From an uncultured delta proteobacterium (GTDB lineage Bacteria > Desulfobacterota > Binatia > Binatales > Binataceae), in the NCBI GenBank assembly GCA_963794325.1, contig CAWCDG010000002.1, positions 32,001-96,000 on the forward strand: 64,000 nucleotides of DNA, written 5' to 3'. Positions 52,000 through 62,740 of this stretch are shown in pieces. Made by a program: the position numbers and the translations under genes. Below the pieces are notes generated by a model. It was not told the DNA's origin and did no database searches. It was given only the letters and a program-made list of their open reading frames with translations. Position 1 is the stretch's first letter. Each line of letters opens with the position of its first letter.

Positions 52000-52803
52000 A
52001 TGGCAGACCTGCTGACCGAAGTTAAAGACCGCGTCCTCTACCTGACGCTCAACCGCCCCGACAAGCTCAACGCGATGAGCGCCGAGATGATGGGTGGGCT
52101 GGTCGACAACCTGTCGCGCGCCGCGACCAATCCCGAAATCGGCGCCGTCGTGCTGACCGGCGCGGGACGCGGATTCTGCTCGGGCGGAGATATCGGCGGG
52201 ATGCGCGAGCGCAACGAGAGCGGGAACAGTGGCGCGACGCAGACCATCGAGGATCGCGTCGCGGGACTGCGGCGCGGCGAAGAGGCGTCGTTGATGCTGC
52301 ACGAGATGTCGAAGGTGACGATCGCGGCGGTCAATGGCCCTGCGGCCGGCGCCGGCTTGAGTCTCGCGATGGCGTGCGACATCAGGATCGCATCCGACGC
52401 GGCGCGTTTCGCCACCGCGTTCGCCAAGGTCGGCTTCTCGGGCGACTACGGCGGGACCTGGTCGCTTACCCATCTGGTGGGATCGGCGAAGGCGCGCGAA
52501 TTGTATTTCCTCGCCGACGTGATCGGCGCTGACGAGGCGCTGCGAATCGGCCTCGCAAATCGCGTCGTGTCTGCCGCGTCATTCAAGGACGAGGTGCACA
52601 CGCTCGCGTCGCGAATCGCCAACGGTCCAACGATCGCGTACGGCTATATGAAGGCGAATCTCAATGCCGCGCTGAATCACGAGTTCAACGAGCTGCTCGA
52701 TCGCGAAGCATGGGGACAGACCATGACCGGTCGCACCGAGGACCATCGCGAGGCGGTGAAGGCGTTCCTCGAGAAGCGTCCCCCGACGTTCAAGGGGCGA
52801 TAG
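52000..52803 (+). CDS. Enoyl-CoA hydratase/isomerase
   Basis: LNRPDKLNA, GFCSGGD, NGPAAGAG. Confidence 0.94.
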   Translation: MADLLTEVKDRVLYLTLNRPDKLNAMSAEMMGGLVDNLSRAATNPEIGAVVLTGAGRGFCSGGDIGGMRERNESGNSGATQTIEDRVAGLRRGEEASLMLHEMSKVTIAAVNGPAAGAGLSLAMACDIRIASDAARFATAFAKVGFSGDYGGTWSLTHLVGSAKARELYFLADVIGADEALRIGLANRVVSAASFKDEVHTLASRIANGPTIAYGYMKANLNAALNHEFNELLDREAWGQTMTGRTEDHREAVKAFLEKRPPTFKGR

Positions 52804-52833
52804 GCCGGGGCTGATCCGCAAACTCCGCAATCC

Positions 52834-52951
52834 GTCATCCTGAGCGGAGTCCGCGGTGCGAAGGATCTCGCGCGTAGCGCTCACTGACAGGCGCCGGACG
52901 CAGGTACGTCCGTCGAGATTCTTCGCTTCGGCAACCTCCGCGCAGAATGAC
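52834..52951. repeat. REP/MITE-like inverted repeat element
   Basis: Arms GTCATCCTGAGCGGAG..GCGAAGGATCTCG and CGAGATTCTTCGC..CTCCGCGCAGAATGAC. Confidence 0.8.
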
Positions 52952-52979
52952 AGAAATAAAAAGCTGAGAGGTCACCACG

Positions 52980-53780
52980 ATGGACTTCAAAACAATTATC
53001 TATGGTTCGCGCGACGGTATCGCGAAAATCACCATCAACCGCGCTGAGCGGATGAACGGCTACAACGAGACGATGGTCAAGGAGATGTGCGCGGCGATCG
53101 ATCTCGCGCGCCAGGACGACGATATTCGCGTACTGATCATCACCGGCAGCGGACGCGCGTTCTGTGCCGGCGGCGATATCAGCGGCGCGCCCGAGAGCCG
53201 TTCGCGATTCCACGGGCATCCGATGGGCCACATGCTCGAGATGCGGGAAGGGTTCCATCAGCTCGTGCTGTCGCTGCATCGCTTCGATAAGCCGGTAATC
53301 GCAGCGATCAACGGCGCGGCGGTCGCCGGCGGCCTGACGCTCGCGCTCTCATGCGATTTCAGAATCGCATCGGACCAGGCGCGGCTCGGAGATACGGCGC
53401 TCAAGTTCGGGCTGCTCTGCGATGAAGGCGGAGCGTACCTGTTTCCCCGCTTCATGGGACTGGACCGCGCGCTCAAGATGACGCTGCTGGCCGAAGTCTA
53501 TGACGCTAAAACTGCGCTCGAGCTCGGGCTGGTTACCGAGGTCGTGCCCCACGCCGATCTCGAGACGCGCACGCAGGACCTCGCGCGGCGGCTCGCGGAC
53601 GGTCCGCCCTTGGCAATCAGGCTCGCCAAACGCATGATGTACAAGCAGCGCGAGATGACGCTCGAAAACGCGCTCGAGGACGCCGCGCTCAACGTGATGA
53701 TCACCAATCCGTCCGAGGACGTGCGCGAAGGCACCCGCGCCTTCCGCGAAAAACGCAAACCGAATTTCAGGGGCAAGTAA
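52980..53780 (+). CDS. Enoyl-CoA hydratase/isomerase
   Basis: AFCAGGD, AAINGAAVAGG, FREKRKPNFRG. Confidence 0.94.
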   Translation: MDFKTIIYGSRDGIAKITINRAERMNGYNETMVKEMCAAIDLARQDDDIRVLIITGSGRAFCAGGDISGAPESRSRFHGHPMGHMLEMREGFHQLVLSLHRFDKPVIAAINGAAVAGGLTLALSCDFRIASDQARLGDTALKFGLLCDEGGAYLFPRFMGLDRALKMTLLAEVYDAKTALELGLVTEVVPHADLETRTQDLARRLADGPPLAIRLAKRMMYKQREMTLENALEDAALNVMITNPSEDVREGTRAFREKRKPNFRGK

Positions 53781-53815
53781 TTCTTGCCGCGCCAGCCACA
53801 GGAGACCTCGTCCCG

Positions 53816-54235
53816 ATGCCGATGAAGAAGAAAGATATCGAGAAGCTGCTCAAGAAACCGATCGTTGCGGTGGTCGCCGTCACCGCGCCCGACGGCGCGC
53901 CGCATGCCGTGCCAACCTGGTATGAGTACGCCGACGGGCAAATCGTATTTCACACTGCCGCGGAGTCGTTCAAGTACAAATGCCTGGTGCGCGATCCGCG
54001 CGTCACGCTGGTGGTCGATACCAAGAAAGCGCCGTACAAAACGGTAGTGCTGAAAGGGCGCGCCACACTCGAAGAAAAAATCGACGACAAACGCACCGAG
54101 CGGATGGCGATCGAGTACCTGGGTAAGAAACTCGGCAAGGCCTATGCGAAATCGCTCAAGGGCAACAAGGTCGTGGTCGTGACCTTCAAGCCCTCGCACA
54201 CGGTTTCGTGGGATTACAGCCAGGAGAGTCCCTAG
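53816..54235 (+). CDS. Pyridoxamine 5'-phosphate oxidase family split-barrel protein (PPOX class, possibly F420-binding)
   Basis: PDGAPHAVPTWY, K..LVRDPRVTLVVD. Confidence 0.85.
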   Translation: MPMKKKDIEKLLKKPIVAVVAVTAPDGAPHAVPTWYEYADGQIVFHTAAESFKYKCLVRDPRVTLVVDTKKAPYKTVVLKGRATLEEKIDDKRTERMAIEYLGKKLGKAYAKSLKGNKVVVVTFKPSHTVSWDYSQESP

Positions 54236-54243
54236 CATTTGCG

Positions 54244-55038
54244 ATGGACGAACGGCTCAAAGCAAATCTCGACGCGTGGAACCAGATGGCGCGGATCCAT
54301 GCGGCGTCGCGCGAATATCGGCTGGCGGAATTTAAGGCGGGCGAAAACGTCCTCAAGCCGATCGAGCTGCGCGAGGTCGGCGATGTTCGCGGCAAATCAC
54401 TCCTCCACATGCAGTGTCATTTCGGTCTCGACACGATGTCGTGGGCGCGGATGGGCGCAAACATCACCGGCGTCGATTTTTCCGACGACGCGATCGCACT
54501 CGCTCGCTCGATCAGCGCCGAGCTGAAAATTCCCGCGCGATTTATCCAATCCAACATCTACGACGCTCCCAACGTGCTGCACGATCAATTCGATATCGTG
54601 TTCACGTCGTACGGCGCTCTCTGTTGGCTGCCGGATATCACGCGATGGGCTCAGGTCGCGTCGAGCTTCGTGAAGCCCGGCGGGTTCTTCTATATGGCTG
54701 AGTTTCACCCCCTGATTCTGATGAGCGACAATCGCCGCGGCATGACTAAGCTCGAAAACGAAATTTCATACTTCCACACGGCGATGCGCGTAGACCCGCC
54801 TGGTCCCGACTATTCAGATCCCAGTAAGACCGTCTCCGAAACGCATCAATGGATGTACCGCCTCGGCGACCTCGTCAGCGCGCTCGCTGCGGCAGGCCTC
54901 AGAATCGAGTACCTGCACGAATTCGCCGAATGTATCTATCCGCACTTCCCATTCATGAAGCTCGAAAGCGACGGCCAGTGGCATATCGAAGGCGATCCGA
55001 TTCCCACGATTTTTTCGATCAAAGCAACCAAGCCATAA
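54244..55038 (+). CDS. Class I SAM-dependent methyltransferase
   Basis: LLHMQCHFGLDTMS, FDIVFTSYGALCWLPD. Confidence 0.92.
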   Translation: MDERLKANLDAWNQMARIHAASREYRLAEFKAGENVLKPIELREVGDVRGKSLLHMQCHFGLDTMSWARMGANITGVDFSDDAIALARSISAELKIPARFIQSNIYDAPNVLHDQFDIVFTSYGALCWLPDITRWAQVASSFVKPGGFFYMAEFHPLILMSDNRRGMTKLENEISYFHTAMRVDPPGPDYSDPSKTVSETHQWMYRLGDLVSALAAAGLRIEYLHEFAECIYPHFPFMKLESDGQWHIEGDPIPTIFSIKATKP

Positions 55039-55042
55039 GCCG

Positions 55043-56053
55043 ATGCTGAAGACCAAATTCTGCGAGCTGTTCGGCATCGAGTATCCGATCGTATGCGCCG
55101 GGATGGGAAACGTCGCACGCGCGAATCTTGCCGCTGCGGTATCGGAGGCGGGCGGCCTTGGCACTATTGCGATGCCGGGAATCTCACCGGATGCGATGGC
55201 CGCTGAGATTTCGGTCGCGCGCAAGATCACCGCGAAGCCAATCGTGGTCAATCAGTTGGTCCCGTTTCTTCGGCCCGGGATTTTCGAGTCGCTCGCGAAG
55301 CAACCGATTTCCGCAGTGACGTTATTCTGGGGCGATCCCGCCGAGCACATCCCGGCCTGCAAACTGCTTGGCCTGAAAGTTATCTGGCAGTGCGGATCGG
55401 CTCTGGAAGCGCTCGCGGCGAAACGCGCAGGCGCCGACGCGATCATCGCGCAAGGCTTCGAGGCGGGCGGCCACGTACGCGGCGTCGTGACCACCTTCGC
55501 GCTCGTGCCGGAAGTGCGCGACGCAATTGGCGACTTGCCGATGCTCGCGGCGGGCGGAATCAGCGATGGCCGCGGTCTGGCGGCTGCGCTGGCTCTCGGC
55601 GCGGACGGCGCAGTATTCGGCACACGCTTCCTGGCCTCACGCGAATCGAATGCGCGTCCCGAATACAAGCAAGCGGTGCTCGACGCTCACGCCAGCGACA
55701 CCGTTCACACCAAGCTGTTCGATATCGGATGGCCCGACGCGGCTCATCGAGTGATTCGCACTCCGCTGGTCGACGCATGGGAGCGCGCGGGCAGTCCCGC
55801 ATCCGGCAACCGCGCGGGCGAGGGCGAAGTGATCGCGCGCCTTCGTCACGGCGACATCGATGCGCCGCTGCCACGGTACTCGGTGAATCCTCCGTCGGAT
55901 TCGGTCGAAGGCGACCTTAGCGGCTTGCCATTCTACGCGGGACAATCGGTAAGCATGATCGACAAGATTGTGCCCGCCTCCGAAATCGTCCGCCAAATCG
56001 CAGCCGAAGCGCACGACGTGATCACATCGCGCCTCGCCCCGATGGCGCGCTGA
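55043..56053 (+). CDS. Nitronate monooxygenase / FabK-like flavoprotein
   Basis: AAAVSEAGGLG, QGFEAGGH, AAGGISDGRG, GTRFLA. Confidence 0.93.
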   Translation: MLKTKFCELFGIEYPIVCAGMGNVARANLAAAVSEAGGLGTIAMPGISPDAMAAEISVARKITAKPIVVNQLVPFLRPGIFESLAKQPISAVTLFWGDPAEHIPACKLLGLKVIWQCGSALEALAAKRAGADAIIAQGFEAGGHVRGVVTTFALVPEVRDAIGDLPMLAAGGISDGRGLAAALALGADGAVFGTRFLASRESNARPEYKQAVLDAHASDTVHTKLFDIGWPDAAHRVIRTPLVDAWERAGSPASGNRAGEGEVIARLRHGDIDAPLPRYSVNPPSDSVEGDLSGLPFYAGQSVSMIDKIVPASEIVRQIAAEAHDVITSRLAPMAR

Positions 56054-56113
56054 CGATGCCCCGCAACGCGCAATAACTATCGAATAGCTAATACATCTGC
56101 GATAATTGCATTA

Positions 56114-57163
56114 GTGGCACGACAGGTTCCCAGTGATGCGGTTATTGAGGCGCTCGGACACGTAAAGTATCCCGGTTACTCCGCTGACATTGTCGCGCTT
56201 GGCCTGGTCGAGGACGCGCAACCTACGGCGGACGGCGGCTATGCGATCACGCTTCGGCAGGTTACCGAGCGCGACGAGGTGATCCGCGAGCTCGCCGCTA
56301 ACATCCACCGGGCGCTGACGCATGACCTTGGCGTGCCCAAGGTCGAGCTTCGGGTCCATCGAATCGAGGCCGAGCTTGGCGAGAAGACCGGGCGCGTCCG
56401 CCTCGAAGGCACCAAGCACATCATCGCGGTCGGCAGCGGCAAGGGCGGCGTAGGCAAATCCACCGTCGCGGCGAACATCGCGGTGGCGCTGGCGCGATTG
56501 GGGCTCAGCGTCGGGTTGCTTGACGCGGATATCTACGGGCCGTCGGTGCCGATGATGTTCAAGGTCGGCGATGAGCGGCCGAAGTCGGCGGGCGGGCAGA
56601 ACTTCTATCCGATCGAAAAGTACGGCGTGAAGCTGATCTCGATCGGATTCTTTCTGGGCGAGAAGGCGCCGGTCATCTGGCGCGGACCGATGGTCATGGG
56701 CGCGGTCCGCCAATTCCTGAAGGATACGCTGTGGGGTTCGCAGGATTTTCTAATCGTCGATCTTCCGCCCGGAACCGGCGATGCGCAGTTGACGCTCGCG
56801 CAGCAGGTTTCGGTCGACGGTGTTGTGATCGTGACGACACCGCAGGACGTGGCGCTGCTCGACGCGACTCGCGCGGTCAAGATGTTTCGCCAGGTGCATT
56901 GCCCGATTCTCGGCGTGGTCGAGAACATGAGTTATTTCGTCTGTCCCGATTGTGGCGAGCGCGACGAACTTTTCGGCTACGGCGGCGGCGAGCGGATGGC
57001 CGCGGAGGAGGGGACGAATCTGCTCGCGAGGATTCCGATCTACCCCGACGTGCGACAGGCCGGCGACGACGGCATGCCGATCGTAGTCGCGAACCCGGCG
57101 CACCCCGCCAGCATTGCGTTTCTGGAGCTGGCTCGGCGCATCGCCAATACCGTTGCCGACTAA
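56114..57163 (+). CDS. mrp: Mrp/ApbC Fe-S cluster carrier ATPase
   Basis: [34 protein letters not shown]. Confidence 0.95.
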   Translation: MARQVPSDAVIEALGHVKYPGYSADIVALGLVEDAQPTADGGYAITLRQVTERDEVIRELAANIHRALTHDLGVPKVELRVHRIEAELGEKTGRVRLEGTKHIIAVGSGKGGVGKSTVAANIAVALARLGLSVGLLDADIYGPSVPMMFKVGDERPKSAGGQNFYPIEKYGVKLISIGFFLGEKAPVIWRGPMVMGAVRQFLKDTLWGSQDFLIVDLPPGTGDAQLTLAQQVSVDGVVIVTTPQDVALLDATRAVKMFRQVHCPILGVVENMSYFVCPDCGERDELFGYGGGERMAAEEGTNLLARIPIYPDVRQAGDDGMPIVVANPAHPASIAFLELARRIANTVAD

Positions 57164-57266
57164 ATGTTGGCTCCTTGAAATACTTGCTCCACCTGCCACA
57201 CGCCGATATTGTTGCCGTTCGGTCCGACCGTTTTGTCGAAACAAGGACCTCTTTCGGAGCTGGAAA

Positions 57267-57602
57267 ATGTCCACGCTGATAACAGAAGAATGCATCAATT
57301 GCGGTGCCTGCGAGCCCGAATGCCCCAACACCGCGATTTACGAAGGCGGCGGGCAGTGGGAACTCAACGGTGCGACCAAGCCTGCGATCAAGGAAGATAT
57401 CTATTACATCGTCCCCGACAAATGCACCGAGTGCGTCGGCTTCTTCGATCAGGAACAATGCGCCGCCGTATGCCCGGTCGATTGTTGCATCCCGGACCCC
57501 AATATTCCCGAGACCGAAGAGGTGCTGATCGAGCGCGCGCGCGTGCTGCATCCCGAACAAACTTTCGGTGCCGAATTCCCGTCGCGATTCCGAAAGGCCT
57601 GA
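57267..57602 (+). CDS. YfhL-type 2x[4Fe-4S] ferredoxin
   Basis: [12 protein letters not shown] and [17 protein letters not shown]. Confidence 0.95.
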   Translation: MSTLITEECINCGACEPECPNTAIYEGGGQWELNGATKPAIKEDIYYIVPDKCTECVGFFDQEQCAAVCPVDCCIPDPNIPETEEVLIERARVLHPEQTFGAEFPSRFRKA

Positions 57603-57621
57603 CGCCAAGGAGTTCTGACAT

Positions 57622-58941
57622 TTGACGACCAAAGGTCCCGTCCGAATCGCCCCCGCGGACGGCAAGCTCGGCGTGCTGCTTCCCGGCATCGGCGCGGTCA
57701 GCACGACCTTCATCGCGGGAGTCGAGGCGGTAAAGCGCGGCCTCGGCGCGCCGATCGGATCGCTGACCCAGCTCGCCACCGTTCGCCTGGGCAAACGCAC
57801 CGAAGGACGCACGCCGCTGATCAGGGATTTCGTCCCGCTCGCGAAGCTCGAGGATCTCGAGTTCGGCGGATGGGACATTTACGAAGACACTGCCTACGAA
57901 GCCGCGCTCAACGCCGCGGTGCTCGATCGTCGGCTCCTGGAGCAGGTGCGCGAGCCGCTGGAAAAACTTCATCCGATGGATGCAGTTTTCGATCAGGACT
58001 ATGTGCGCAACATTCGCGGCCCCAATCTGAAGGAAGCGCGCACCAAGATGGACAAGGCCGCGATGCTGATGGACGACATCCGGAATTTCCAGAAGCGCAC
58101 CGGCGTCGCGCGCACCGTGATGGTCTGGTGCGGCTCGACCGAGGTCTTCCATAAGCCGGCGGCGGTGCATGAGACGCTCAAAGCGTTCGAGGCCGGCCTC
58201 GCTAACAACGATCCCGAAATCGCGCCGAGCCAGATTTACGCGTACGCCGCGCTCAAGATGGGTATCCCCTACGCCAACGGCGCGCCCAACTTGACCACCG
58301 ACACGCCCGCGTTGCTCGAGCTCGCGCGCGAGACGAATCTCCCGATTTGTGGCAAGGACTTCAAGACCGGCCAGACGTTTATGAAGACGTTGATCGCGCC
58401 GGGGCTGAAGGCGCGCATGCTCGGAATGTCGGGATGGTTCTCGACCAACATCCTGGGCAATCGCGACGGCGAGGTGCTCGAAGATCCCGGCTCGTTCAAG
58501 TCCAAGGAAGAGACCAAGCTCTCGGTGCTCGATCAGATCCTTCAGCCCGAGTTGCACCCGCAGCTTTATAGCGACGTGTTCCACTCGGTGAAGATCAATT
58601 ACTACCCGCCGCGCGGCGACTCGAAAGAGGGATGGGACAACATCGATATCTTCGGATGGCTCGGTTATCCGATGCAGATCAAAATTAATTTCCTGTGCCG
58701 CGATTCAATCCTGGCGGCGCCCCTCGTCCTCGACCTCGTGCTGTTCATGGACTTGGCGCATCGCGCCGGCATGCGCGGGATTCAGGAATGGCTGTCCTTC
58801 TACTTCAAGGCGCCGATGCACGCGCCGAACATTTATCCCGAGCACGACATTTTCATCCAGCTGATGAAGCTCAAGAACACACTGCGCTGGATGCGCGGCG
58901 AAGACCTGATCACGCATCTAGGCCTCGAATACTACGACTGA
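57622..58941 (+). CDS. ino1: myo-inositol-1-phosphate synthase
   Basis: GKDFKTGQT, WFSTNILGNRDG, DSILAAPLVLDL. Confidence 0.95.
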   Translation: MTTKGPVRIAPADGKLGVLLPGIGAVSTTFIAGVEAVKRGLGAPIGSLTQLATVRLGKRTEGRTPLIRDFVPLAKLEDLEFGGWDIYEDTAYEAALNAAVLDRRLLEQVREPLEKLHPMDAVFDQDYVRNIRGPNLKEARTKMDKAAMLMDDIRNFQKRTGVARTVMVWCGSTEVFHKPAAVHETLKAFEAGLANNDPEIAPSQIYAYAALKMGIPYANGAPNLTTDTPALLELARETNLPICGKDFKTGQTFMKTLIAPGLKARMLGMSGWFSTNILGNRDGEVLEDPGSFKSKEETKLSVLDQILQPELHPQLYSDVFHSVKINYYPPRGDSKEGWDNIDIFGWLGYPMQIKINFLCRDSILAAPLVLDLVLFMDLAHRAGMRGIQEWLSFYFKAPMHAPNIYPEHDIFIQLMKLKNTLRWMRGEDLITHLGLEYYD

Positions 58942-58996
58942 TAGTCGATAGTGCCCCCGTTTCGCCCGCGACTGCGGAGCATTAGAATCGGCATTG

Positions 58997-59308
58997 ATGA
59001 ACGTCCTTAGCGGCAAGACAATCGTGCTCGGCGGAGGCCAAACTGAAACGGATATAGCGCGATTGATCCACCGAAACGGAAGCGGGCATTTCCTGCTCTG
59101 CGTTCAGAACAGATCTTATCGCACTTCGCTGGAGATCCGGAAAGTCTATCGCGCGCTTCCGGATCCCGAAGGCGAACGGCACGGCCTGGTGCGGGTGATC
59201 GACGAGAGTGGCGAAGATTATCTATACCCGCGCCGATACTTTGTTGATATCGATGTGCCGAAGCCGGCGCATAAGTGCTTCCCACGCGCCCAGGTCAGCG
59301 CCCAGTGA
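58997..59308 (+). CDS. Small hypothetical protein fused to a duplicated coaBC N-terminus
   Basis: Starts MNVLSGKTIVLG (CoaBC: [12 protein letters not shown]). Body SLEIRKVYRALPD..VRVIDESGEDYLYP resembles a small accessory protein family I recall near TA loci. Confidence 0.65.
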   Translation: MNVLSGKTIVLGGGQTETDIARLIHRNGSGHFLLCVQNRSYRTSLEIRKVYRALPDPEGERHGLVRVIDESGEDYLYPRRYFVDIDVPKPAHKCFPRAQVSAQ

Positions 59309-59313
59309 GCCGA

Positions 59314-60564
59314 ATGTCCCCGCTCAAGGACAAGACGATCGTGCTCGGCGTGAGCGGTGGAATCGCCGCTTACAAATCGGCGGAGCTCGTGCGCCTGCTC
59401 GTCAACGCGGGCGCGAACGTCCGCGTTATGATGACGCGCAATGCGACTGAGTTTGTCACGGCGCTGACGCTACAGACCCTCAGCTCGAATCCGGTCGCCA
59501 CCGACACGTTCTCGCTAACCCAGGAATCCGAGATCGGGCACATCCGGCTGGCCGACAGCGCCGACGCTATCGTCATCGCGCCCGCGACCGCCGACGTGAT
59601 CGCCAAGGCTGCCGTCGGTATCGCCGACGACATCGTGACCACCGTGCTGCTTGCGACGCGAGCGAAAGTCGCGTTTGCGCCATCGATGAACGTGCATATG
59701 TACGAGCATCCGACCGTTGCCGAGAATCTCGCGAAGCTGCGCGCGCGTGGCGCGGTTATAATCGAGCCGGGCGAGGGCGCGCTCGCGTGCGGTTATGAGG
59801 GCAAGGGCCGGCTGCCCGATCCGGCGATAGTCGTAGTGGAAATCGAGAGGATGCTCTCGGCGCAGGATCTCGCAGGAGAGAACATCCTCGTGACGGCGGG
59901 GCCGACGCAGGAACCGATCGATCCAGTGCGATTCGTCACCAATCGTTCGTCGGGCAAGATGGGTTTTGCGATTGCCCGTGCGGCATGGCGTCGCGGTGCG
60001 GCCGTTCGGATCGTCGCGGGTCCGTCTGCGCTGGCGACGCCCTACGGTGTCGAGCGAATCGACACTGTTAGCGCGTCGGCGATGCTCGCGAAGACCTCGA
60101 GCAATTTTCCGTGGTCCACGGCCCTGGTGATGGCGGCAGCCGTAGCCGATTTCCGGCCCGCGAATCCCGCGCGCGGCAAGATTAAAAAAGATGCGCGCGG
60201 TCTTCGGCTCGAGATGGAATCGATCGCCGACGAGATGCCGCGCATCGCCGCGAAGAAAGGGACGCGCATCCTGATAGGATTCGCGGCCGAGACCGGCGAT
60301 CTCGAAGCCAACGCGCGCGCCAAGCTGAAGCGCAAGGGACTCGATCTAATCGTCGCCAACGACGTGACCCGCGACGGCGCCGGCTTCGAAGTCGATACCA
60401 ATATCGTCACGCTGATCGGCGCCGACAATAGCTCTCAGAGCCATCCGCAGATGTCCAAGGACGAGGTCGCCGACCTGATCCTCGATCGAATCGTCGCGCT
60501 CCGCGCAGCTAAACCGAAGTCAGGCCGTTCGGACAAGCCTTCTCGCTTGCGCGCGGTCAGATAA
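59314..60564 (+). CDS. coaBC: Phosphopantothenoylcysteine decarboxylase/ligase
   Basis: [45 protein letters not shown]. Confidence 0.97.
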   Translation: MSPLKDKTIVLGVSGGIAAYKSAELVRLLVNAGANVRVMMTRNATEFVTALTLQTLSSNPVATDTFSLTQESEIGHIRLADSADAIVIAPATADVIAKAAVGIADDIVTTVLLATRAKVAFAPSMNVHMYEHPTVAENLAKLRARGAVIIEPGEGALACGYEGKGRLPDPAIVVVEIERMLSAQDLAGENILVTAGPTQEPIDPVRFVTNRSSGKMGFAIARAAWRRGAAVRIVAGPSALATPYGVERIDTVSASAMLAKTSSNFPWSTALVMAAAVADFRPANPARGKIKKDARGLRLEMESIADEMPRIAAKKGTRILIGFAAETGDLEANARAKLKRKGLDLIVANDVTRDGAGFEVDTNIVTLIGADNSSQSHPQMSKDEVADLILDRIVALRAAKPKSGRSDKPSRLRAVR

Positions 60565-60569
60565 CTCTC

Positions 60570-61346
60570 GTGGATGCCTCATCGCTCGATCGCCGCACAC
60601 TGGTCGCCACCATCCGCGACTACGTCGAGCAGTTGCGCGAGGAGGGCATGGAAGGACTTCCCGCATCGGCTTCAACTTCACCAATCGCACCGTCCCCCGC
60701 AGCTTCCAACACCGCCGCCGCACCGATGCCGACCGAGCTGTTCTCGAAATATCCAGGCCTCGAGAAATCTTCGACGCTCGAGGAATTGCGCGAGTTCATC
60801 GGCGACTGCCAGCGATGCAAGCTTGCGCCGCGCCGAACCAATCTCGTCTTCGGTGTCGGCAATCCTCACGCGCAGTTGATGTTTGTCGGCGAGGCGCCCG
60901 GCGCCGACGAGGACGCGCGCGGTGAGCCGTTCGTCGGCCGCGCCGGTCAGTTGCTGACCGACATTATCGAGCGCGGCATGGGCATCAGCCGCTCCGACGT
61001 CTACATCTGCAACGTGATCAAGTGCCGGCCGCCCGACAATCGAAATCCCGAGCCCGACGAAGTCGCGGCATGCGAGCCGTTTCTTTTTCGCCAGATTGAT
61101 ATCGTGCGCCCGCGTGCGATCGTCGGCCTCGGCACGTTTGCGGTGCAGGCGCTGCTCAAGGTGAAGATTCCGATCAGCAAGCTGCGCGGCAACTGGCAGG
61201 ACTTTCGCGGCATCCGATTCATGCCGACCTTTCATCCCGCCTACTTGCTGCGCACCCCTGGCGACAAGCGGCTGGTGTGGGCGGACATCCAGGAAGTGAT
61301 GAAATATCTCGGCATGCCGATTCCACGCCGCGGCGGTTCCTCGTGA
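60570..61346 (+). CDS. Family 4 uracil-DNA glycosylase
   Basis: CQRCKL, VGEAPG, PFVGRAG, KCRPPDNR, TFHPAYLLR. Confidence 0.95.
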   Translation: MDASSLDRRTLVATIRDYVEQLREEGMEGLPASASTSPIAPSPAASNTAAAPMPTELFSKYPGLEKSSTLEELREFIGDCQRCKLAPRRTNLVFGVGNPHAQLMFVGEAPGADEDARGEPFVGRAGQLLTDIIERGMGISRSDVYICNVIKCRPPDNRNPEPDEVAACEPFLFRQIDIVRPRAIVGLGTFAVQALLKVKIPISKLRGNWQDFRGIRFMPTFHPAYLLRTPGDKRLVWADIQEVMKYLGMPIPRRGGSS

Positions 61347-62677
61347 GCGCGCGCTCAAGATTTGCCGTCGTCGCGGTCCTGGCGATTGCCATTGGATCGC
61401 TCGCATCGCTGCGCGCTGTTGCCGCCGACGTGTCCGCGAAAGCTGTTCCACATACGCCAGTGTGGGTTGAGCTGATCACGATTGACGGCTCGATCAATCC
61501 CGCCACCGCATCTTACATCGAGGATTCACTGGCGTCCGCAAATGCCGACGGTGCCAGCGCGTTGGTGATTCAGCTCGACACTCCGGGCGGTCTGCTCAAT
61601 TCGGCGGAGAAGATCGTCAAGGCTATTCTCGCCGCGCCATTGCCGGTGATCGTTTATGTCGCGCCGTCGGGCGCGAGCGCCGCGTCCGCTGGCGTATTCA
61701 TTACCGAAGCCGCGAACGTCGCCGCGATGGCGCCGGGAACTACCATCGGCGCGGCGCATCCGGTCGAGCAGGGTGGTGAGGACATCAAGGGCGCGATGGG
61801 CGAGAAGATCGAGAACTTCACTGCGACCTTTGCGCGCACCATCGCGCAGCAGCGCGGGCGCAACGAAGACTGGGTCGAGCAGGCCGTCCGCCACAGCATC
61901 GCGATCGGCGAGCGCGAGGCGCTGGCGAAGAATGTCGTCGACATCGTCGCGCCCGACCTCCGCAGCCTGCTGACGCAAGCGAGCGGCCGCAAAGTTCAGG
62001 TCGAGGGCAAAACCGTGACGCTCGAGCTCGCCGATGCCGCCGTGCGCCGCATGCGGATGACGCCCGGCCAGCAACTGCTCAACGTCCTCGCCGATCCCAA
62101 CATCGTCTATCTGCTGCTGATGGCGGGAATGATCGGTCTGTACTTCGAATTCGCGCATCCGGGCGTGATCTTCCCCGGCGTCGCCGGCGCGATTTGCCTG
62201 CTGCTCGCGCTCGCCTCGTTCCAGGTGCTGCCGGTAAATCTCACCGGACTGCTGCTGATTTTTTTGGGCGTCGCGATGCTTATCTCCGAGGCCTTCGTCA
62301 CCAGCTACGGAATCCTCGGCCTGGGCGGGGTCACCGCGTTCGTCATTGGCTCGTTGTTTTTTATCGATACCTCGAAGACCGACCTGGCCGTCAATCGCAA
62401 CATAATATACGGCGCTGCCGCCGCATTGACGCTGATCATTCTCGGCATCGGATATATCGTGGCGCGTGAGCGCCGCAACCGCGCGACCACCGGCGCCGAA
62501 GGCATCGTCGGCGAAGTCGGCGAAGTGCGCGAGGCGATCGCTCCGGGCACACCCGGCAAAGTTTTTGTGCATGGCGAGATTTGGCGCGCGGTCAGCGCCG
62601 ACGCGCTCGGTCCCGGCGCGCGCGCGCGGGTGAAATCGATCAACGGGTTGGAACTGCAAGTACAGAAGGTGGCGTAG
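61343..62677 (+). CDS. nfeD: NfeD membrane-bound serine protease
   Basis: LDTPGG, AASAG, IGAAHPV, TM region, VHGEIW OB fold. Confidence 0.93.
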   Translation: MSARSRFAVVAVLAIAIGSLASLRAVAADVSAKAVPHTPVWVELITIDGSINPATASYIEDSLASANADGASALVIQLDTPGGLLNSAEKIVKAILAAPLPVIVYVAPSGASAASAGVFITEAANVAAMAPGTTIGAAHPVEQGGEDIKGAMGEKIENFTATFARTIAQQRGRNEDWVEQAVRHSIAIGEREALAKNVVDIVAPDLRSLLTQASGRKVQVEGKTVTLELADAAVRRMRMTPGQQLLNVLADPNIVYLLLMAGMIGLYFEFAHPGVIFPGVAGAICLLLALASFQVLPVNLTGLLLIFLGVAMLISEAFVTSYGILGLGGVTAFVIGSLFFIDTSKTDLAVNRNIIYGAAAALTLIILGIGYIVARERRNRATTGAEGIVGEVGEVREAIAPGTPGKVFVHGEIWRAVSADALGPGARARVKSINGLELQVQKVA

Positions 62678-62740
62678 CGCTCGAAGATAGCGGATGGTAT
62701 CGGGAAGCCTCGCGCGCATTGGGGGCGAAGGAGAATCGCG

